From positions 17,457 to 81,456 of the forward strand of contig JAJEDB010000115.1 of assembly GCA_022821725.1 (NCBI GenBank): a DNA stretch of 64,000 bases, in the 5' to 3' direction. This document shows, in pieces, positions 60,094-64,000 of this stretch. Below the pieces are notes generated by a model, which saw nothing but the letters and a program-made list of their open reading frames with translations, searched no databases and was not told where the DNA came from. Position 1 is the stretch's first letter, and each line of letters starts with the position of its first letter. The DNA comes from Candidatus Poribacteria bacterium. Its GTDB lineage: Bacteria; Poribacteria; WGA-4E; WGA-3G. The translations under genes and the position numbers were made by a program.

Positions 60094-62901
60094 ATGCAAG
60101 GATTATCACTTAATTTTCGTTCGGAAACGCTTTTGGCGCTAACTGATAAAATCAAATCCAGTATTGAGGGGCGGATGAGTTGGGGAGATACCTTTGGCTT
60201 AGGGCTTGGTGTGAAGTCAGATAAGCATCTGATCGTTTGGACACCAAAAGAGAGCTCAGAGGGCGACATTCTACCCGGTTTTGACTCAGAAGATGGTAAG
60301 CTTACAGTAAAGATGCGGCCGCGTCCAGGCGCATGGGTTTCCTGGATTGACGAGGCGAAGATCACAGCCGAGACACAGGACGACTATGACCGGGTCCATA
60401 GAAGTATACAAGAATTGGAGCGGAACGCGCGCCAAATCACAGATTTCGCCGATGGCAGTGTCTCAGATATTACGATTCAAAACTTGGGAAAATCCCTAAC
60501 GCTTTCCGAACTCGCTCAGGATGTTTTAAAAACACGTTTGACGATACCCAGTACCGTCAAAACGGGTGGCTACGTACTCGCAAATATGGGGGCGGCTGAT
60601 ACGCAGGTCCTGCCCCCGGCGACTGTTATCGTTCCAGAGCAAACCCACATTCATCGCGTGCATCTCAATGAAGACGCGCTTTTTGACCAAATACTCGCCC
60701 AGGACTACAGGCTGCTGCTTGTGGTCATCAGAACTCATATTAAACAGTACCCCGATCTCATCGATTTGGGATACGGTTTAACACTTCATACACGACTGTC
60801 TAATGTATTCGAGGAGCCAGACGCAGAGACATTGGAGGCAACTAAGGAAGAGGCTGATCCCATTCAAGTGCTTGCCACAGGGGCGGTTTACGATCCTCTT
60901 GAACCTGAGACGTTGCGATTAGTGCCTGTCGCGTTCAGCGCACCCGCTGACGAAATTGAAACCGCAATTCGCGAGAGTTCAAAGAAAATCGAAACCTACA
61001 CGGTGAAAGCCAATCAGAACGCCTATCAACTCATGGCGCAATTCCAACAGGGCGTAGAAACCCGTTTGAGAGCGCTTGTCCTTGGACCTGGGCAACGCGT
61101 CCATAATAAGGTATGGGACGATCTGGTGATCCGTGAATTACGGAACACTATGCTTACTTTCGTCGAATTCTATGCAGAATATCTCACCGAGCATTTTGAA
61201 GCATCAATCGCAGCCGCGAAAATCGAAGAGCTCAGAGAGAATATTGACCCCATGATAGAATTTTGGCAGTTACAGGATAATCAGCAGTTAACCCTGAATC
61301 ACCTTATTCAATCTTCCTACAAACTGGCGAATCAGGTACTCGATCGAGCTGCTGGATTGTTTCATGATCTGGTGTTTGAGGAGGATTTCATTGAAACCGG
61401 GCTTGTTCAGCAGGTGGATCTCTCAATTTTCGAGAATAACGAACTCTTAAACGAAATTTACTTGCCACAATGGACGCGTGGAACCGTCCGTGAGAAGATG
61501 GCAGGTATTACGCTTCGCTCAACTTTACATGCGACGCAAGTTGAACGGTTGACGAACATCTGGTTGGAATTGCTGGAACTCGCAAACTTCGCAAGTCAGA
61601 ACAGGCAGGATTTTGAAATCGTTATTCAACCGTTAGTCAATCTCCTATTAGCCGCGAAAGCAGAGAAACCAACGCAGCGCCGAAGTCAGCAGTCACAACA
61701 GCGAGGGAGGGCGACCAATTTTGCTGGTTTTGAGATTCCTGATAAAACTGTCGAGCAAATCCTTGATCATGTAAAACTGCATTTACCAACGATAAAACAA
61801 TGGTTGCAGAATATGCCTTCAGCCGTTGATGAGCGACAGCATTACGCAACTTTGTGGGCGTTGGTGCTTGATGGGCGGCTCCGTGAGCAGCTCTTGGCGG
61901 ATATTCAACCAACCTGTGATATTAATCTGAGTGTACCCGACCAGACCAAAAGGTTAATCAATCTTATGCTCGGCAGCGCGCTTATTATTCAAGCCGAGAA
62001 AGACCGCAAGTCAATAGAGCGTAACCTGAACCGGGCGGTTATCTCAAAGACTGGACACGAATTGGCGAATGTCACAACAGCGGCAATGCTGGCTATACAT
62101 GGAGATGCCCTGCTTGCAATACTTTACGAGGAATTGCTCGGGTATCATGACACTTTGGCAAAGCGGGCAGGTAGGCTCGCACATCCCCCTCAAAAAGGGA
62201 AGAAACGGAAGCGTGGGCAATCGCAAAATAATGGTGCCGCGAATGCTGAGGCGATTGAGGCGGAACAGCAAAAAGTTAAGGAACTCATGGCTTTCCTCCG
62301 ACCCTACCGCCAAGAAGAAGTTATCACCACTTTGGCGACAGCCGGGATTGATCCCCGCGCCATTAACCTTGAAGAGATTCGGAAGCAGCAGGTCCTCAGC
62401 TTCGATGTCAGTGATTTACCCGCCATAGGTGAAACGTGGCTCGGTGATAGCAAGAGCGTCGGAGATTATCCAAATTTGCGAGTGTTCCTCCTGCAAAATC
62501 AACTCCCGATATCGACAACCGGAAGGTTGCTTATGGAGTTGCGACAGCAATTTCCGGATGAACTTTTCAATCATGTCTTAGGGCTCATCCAAGAGGTGAA
62601 GGCACTCCAAGGCAATGATTTTAAGGGCGATTTGCTCAATCAGTTTGTCACCTATATTTCCGAGAAGGTGTGGCGATGGGAGTTGACACAGATTACGGAA
62701 GCCGAACTTCCACTTTTGCTGAAAGAAAAGGTGCTCGCATCGGCGATCTGTTATGAAAAAGAGGTCGATAGTTTACTCGAATACGTTGAGCGTTACGATG
62801 AACTGGTATCTACAAAACTGTCAGCAGGTTCAGAAATGGACAACCACCGTCAATATATTGAGGAACAATTTCAAGCAATCGTTGAAACCCTTTTAGTCTA
62901 A
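60094..62901 (+). CDS. 935-aa hypothetical protein, no recognisable domain
   Basis: Long uninterrupted ORF, mostly helical-looking. No P-loop, nuclease, methylase or protease motif found by eye. Two basic linkers (KPTQRRSQQSQQRGR and PPQKGKKRKRGQSQ). Confidence 0.75.
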   Translation: MQGLSLNFRSETLLALTDKIKSSIEGRMSWGDTFGLGLGVKSDKHLIVWTPKESSEGDILPGFDSEDGKLTVKMRPRPGAWVSWIDEAKITAETQDDYDRVHRSIQELERNARQITDFADGSVSDITIQNLGKSLTLSELAQDVLKTRLTIPSTVKTGGYVLANMGAADTQVLPPATVIVPEQTHIHRVHLNEDALFDQILAQDYRLLLVVIRTHIKQYPDLIDLGYGLTLHTRLSNVFEEPDAETLEATKEEADPIQVLATGAVYDPLEPETLRLVPVAFSAPADEIETAIRESSKKIETYTVKANQNAYQLMAQFQQGVETRLRALVLGPGQRVHNKVWDDLVIRELRNTMLTFVEFYAEYLTEHFEASIAAAKIEELRENIDPMIEFWQLQDNQQLTLNHLIQSSYKLANQVLDRAAGLFHDLVFEEDFIETGLVQQVDLSIFENNELLNEIYLPQWTRGTVREKMAGITLRSTLHATQVERLTNIWLELLELANFASQNRQDFEIVIQPLVNLLLAAKAEKPTQRRSQQSQQRGRATNFAGFEIPDKTVEQILDHVKLHLPTIKQWLQNMPSAVDERQHYATLWALVLDGRLREQLLADIQPTCDINLSVPDQTKRLINLMLGSALIIQAEKDRKSIERNLNRAVISKTGHELANVTTAAMLAIHGDALLAILYEELLGYHDTLAKRAGRLAHPPQKGKKRKRGQSQNNGAANAEAIEAEQQKVKELMAFLRPYRQEEVITTLATAGIDPRAINLEEIRKQQVLSFDVSDLPAIGETWLGDSKSVGDYPNLRVFLLQNQLPISTTGRLLMELRQQFPDELFNHVLGLIQEVKALQGNDFKGDLLNQFVTYISEKVWRWELTQITEAELPLLLKEKVLASAICYEKEVDSLLEYVERYDELVSTKLSAGSEMDNHRQYIEEQFQAIVETLLV

Positions 62902-62925
62902 TTTATAACTATTGTAAGGTGATAG

Positions 62926-63837
62926 ATGAAAGTCGCTTTATTGGGCAACAGTCAGTTAGCCGTCTCAACTGCCTGGGGCTTGTGTCAATCAGAGACGGCA
63001 CGTGAAGTCGCCTTTGTGTCGGATGCAGCATCGGGCAAGAATAGATTTGTTCATCCAAAAGAGGGCACACCGGCATACCTCCAGGATCTTGTGGAAGCGA
63101 ATGCTTTGCGTGCAAGTGACACCGCGATTTCCGTTTTCAATTCATTAGAGGGGATGGCGAATGCAGACGTAGTTGTGCTGTTGCCACCTGTGGGGCAATC
63201 CGGTTTTCGGTCTCCCCAAGCCTCAAAGACGACAGGTATCGCCCTCGTTCGGCGGCTTGTCACCGGCATTCAGCAGTATGCCGCGGATGCCAAAATTCTG
63301 GTAGCAATATCACCCACGAATTACATCGCTGCGTGGATACATCAGACACTCGGCGACGGACAGATTATCGGACTCGGAAACGGGGCTGCTACAGCGCACT
63401 TAGCCTCTGAAATTGCGAAACGTGTTGATGTATCCGTGAAAGACGTGATGGCTCTGGTGATCGGGAGTGATCAAGAGACGTACCCGCTCCCACAATACTG
63501 TCGGGTAAACGGCATTCCGCTCGCACAACTCATCTCCGAAACTGATATTGAAAGCCTCTGTGAAGCCGTTGCGCAGCGTTCCCCGTATGCCGTGAGCGGC
63601 GAATGGACATTGGTAAGTCATATTTTGCAAATTGTTTCGGCGATTGCGCTTGATAAAGGACGCGTCATGAGTGTCGGAACGCGTGTTTCAGCGGGAACAA
63701 CATCCGTTTACCTGAATGTTCCTGCGCAGATTGGATACGATGGTGTTGCCACTATTGTTCCACTTGAGTTGACCGATCAGCAACGCGAACAGTTTAAAAA
63801 ATTAGTCGGGCAGAGTGCGGAAGACCAAATTCTATAG
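62926..63837 (+). CDS. LDH/MDH-fold protein lacking catalytic and NAD-binding residues (pseudoenzyme candidate)
   Basis: Collinear with malate dehydrogenases (MKVALLG..., VVVLLPP, IIGLG, SVKDV, GIPLAQLI, LELTDQQRE). However GxGxxG reads GNSQLA, LDSAR reads AATAH and GGHGD reads GSDQE. Confidence 0.7.
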   Translation: MKVALLGNSQLAVSTAWGLCQSETAREVAFVSDAASGKNRFVHPKEGTPAYLQDLVEANALRASDTAISVFNSLEGMANADVVVLLPPVGQSGFRSPQASKTTGIALVRRLVTGIQQYAADAKILVAISPTNYIAAWIHQTLGDGQIIGLGNGAATAHLASEIAKRVDVSVKDVMALVIGSDQETYPLPQYCRVNGIPLAQLISETDIESLCEAVAQRSPYAVSGEWTLVSHILQIVSAIALDKGRVMSVGTRVSAGTTSVYLNVPAQIGYDGVATIVPLELTDQQREQFKKLVGQSAEDQIL

Positions 63838-63939
63838 AAGTGTCATGGTATAAGGTACATTCCCTGTTTGTTGTGCGAGTTGTGTGAAGTTTAAGTATTT
63901 AAATTCGGTGTGCTGGCTGCTAACGGCTCTTCTTCTAAC

Positions 63940-63960
63940 AACTGATAACTGATAACTACT
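63940..63960 (+). repeat. tandem heptamer array (AACTGAT x2 plus a degenerate unit)
   Basis: aactgat aactgat aactact, ending 5 nt before an ATG. Confidence 0.7.
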
Positions 63961-63965
63961 AAACG

Positions 63966-64000
63966 ATGAGAGAAATATACCAAAAAATTCCAGAACTAAT
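63966..64000 (+). CDS. start of an unidentified gene (runs off the window)
   Basis: ATG 63966 reads MREIYQKIPEL. Supported only by its position after a heptamer array, as for rpsR and dprA. Confidence 0.25.
   Translation, partial: MREIYQKIPEL

Noticed and set aside
59925-60365. 146-aa minus-strand ORF covering the repeat cluster and the 5' end of the 935-aa gene
   Set aside because: Half of it is translated repeat DNA (heptamer modules) and the rest is antisense to a long, well-supported ORF.
1-64000. rRNA, tRNA, tmRNA, RNase P or CRISPR loci
   Set aside because: No intergenic segment shows tRNA cloverleaf hallmarks (GTTCRANNC T-loop with a matching acceptor stem) or rRNA-like conserved blocks. 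This was a visual scan only; tRNAscan-SE/Infernal would be decisive.

Overview
This 64-kb chromosomal segment carries about 57 protein-coding genes at roughly 50% GC. I found no rRNA, tRNA or CRISPR array by eye. All gene calls rest on motif recognition from the supplied translations; no database search was run.

The gene content is ThuA-like, PhyH, a sulfatase-fold protein, paired TonB-dependent receptors, secreted TPR/WD40 proteins and a long MlaD. This suggests an uncultivated-type diderm bacterium. It is reminiscent of Poribacteria/PVC-like lineages, but that is only a guess.

Layout:
- 0-9 kb: tandem ThuA-like genes, PhyH, vapBC, argH, higB, pyrF, a sulfatase-fold gene and an FNR-type reductase.
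- 9-16 kb, minus strand: a TPR-TPR-WD40-DUF4159 envelope cluster.
- 16-21 kb: a polytopic membrane protein, an orphan M.HhaI-like m5C methyltransferase, and a TnpB-only IS200/IS605 element.
- 21-31 kb: housekeeping and metabolic genes.
- 32-40 kb: two tandem TonB-dependent receptors and two tandem SAM methyltransferases.
- 40-57 kb: a plus-strand housekeeping block, rpsF-ssb-rpsR-rplI-dnaB-mlaEFD-radA-yacL-ispD-ispF-cysS-dprA-tsaD-tsaC.
- 57-64 kb: a Gfo/Idh/MocA oxidoreductase, an isolated nuoI, an MT-A70 methyltransferase, a 935-aa orphan protein and a catalytically dead LDH/MDH homolog.

The most unusual signal is non-coding. The intergenic DNA is built from a few recombining repeat modules:
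- GTAG-headed hairpins (REP-like).
- A 12-bp terminal-inverted-repeat MITE (AGGACTTACGCA...TGCGTAAGTCCT).
- AACTGAY heptamer arrays.
- A roughly 165-bp mosaic element whose 3' end (CCGCAAGGTAAAATTAAAAAATG) lands exactly on the start codons of rplI, mlaF and radA, and in mutated form lies inside tsaC.

The best protein-level candidates for something undescribed are the MT-A70 / 935-aa / pseudo-MDH trio and the TPR-WD40-DUF4159 cluster.
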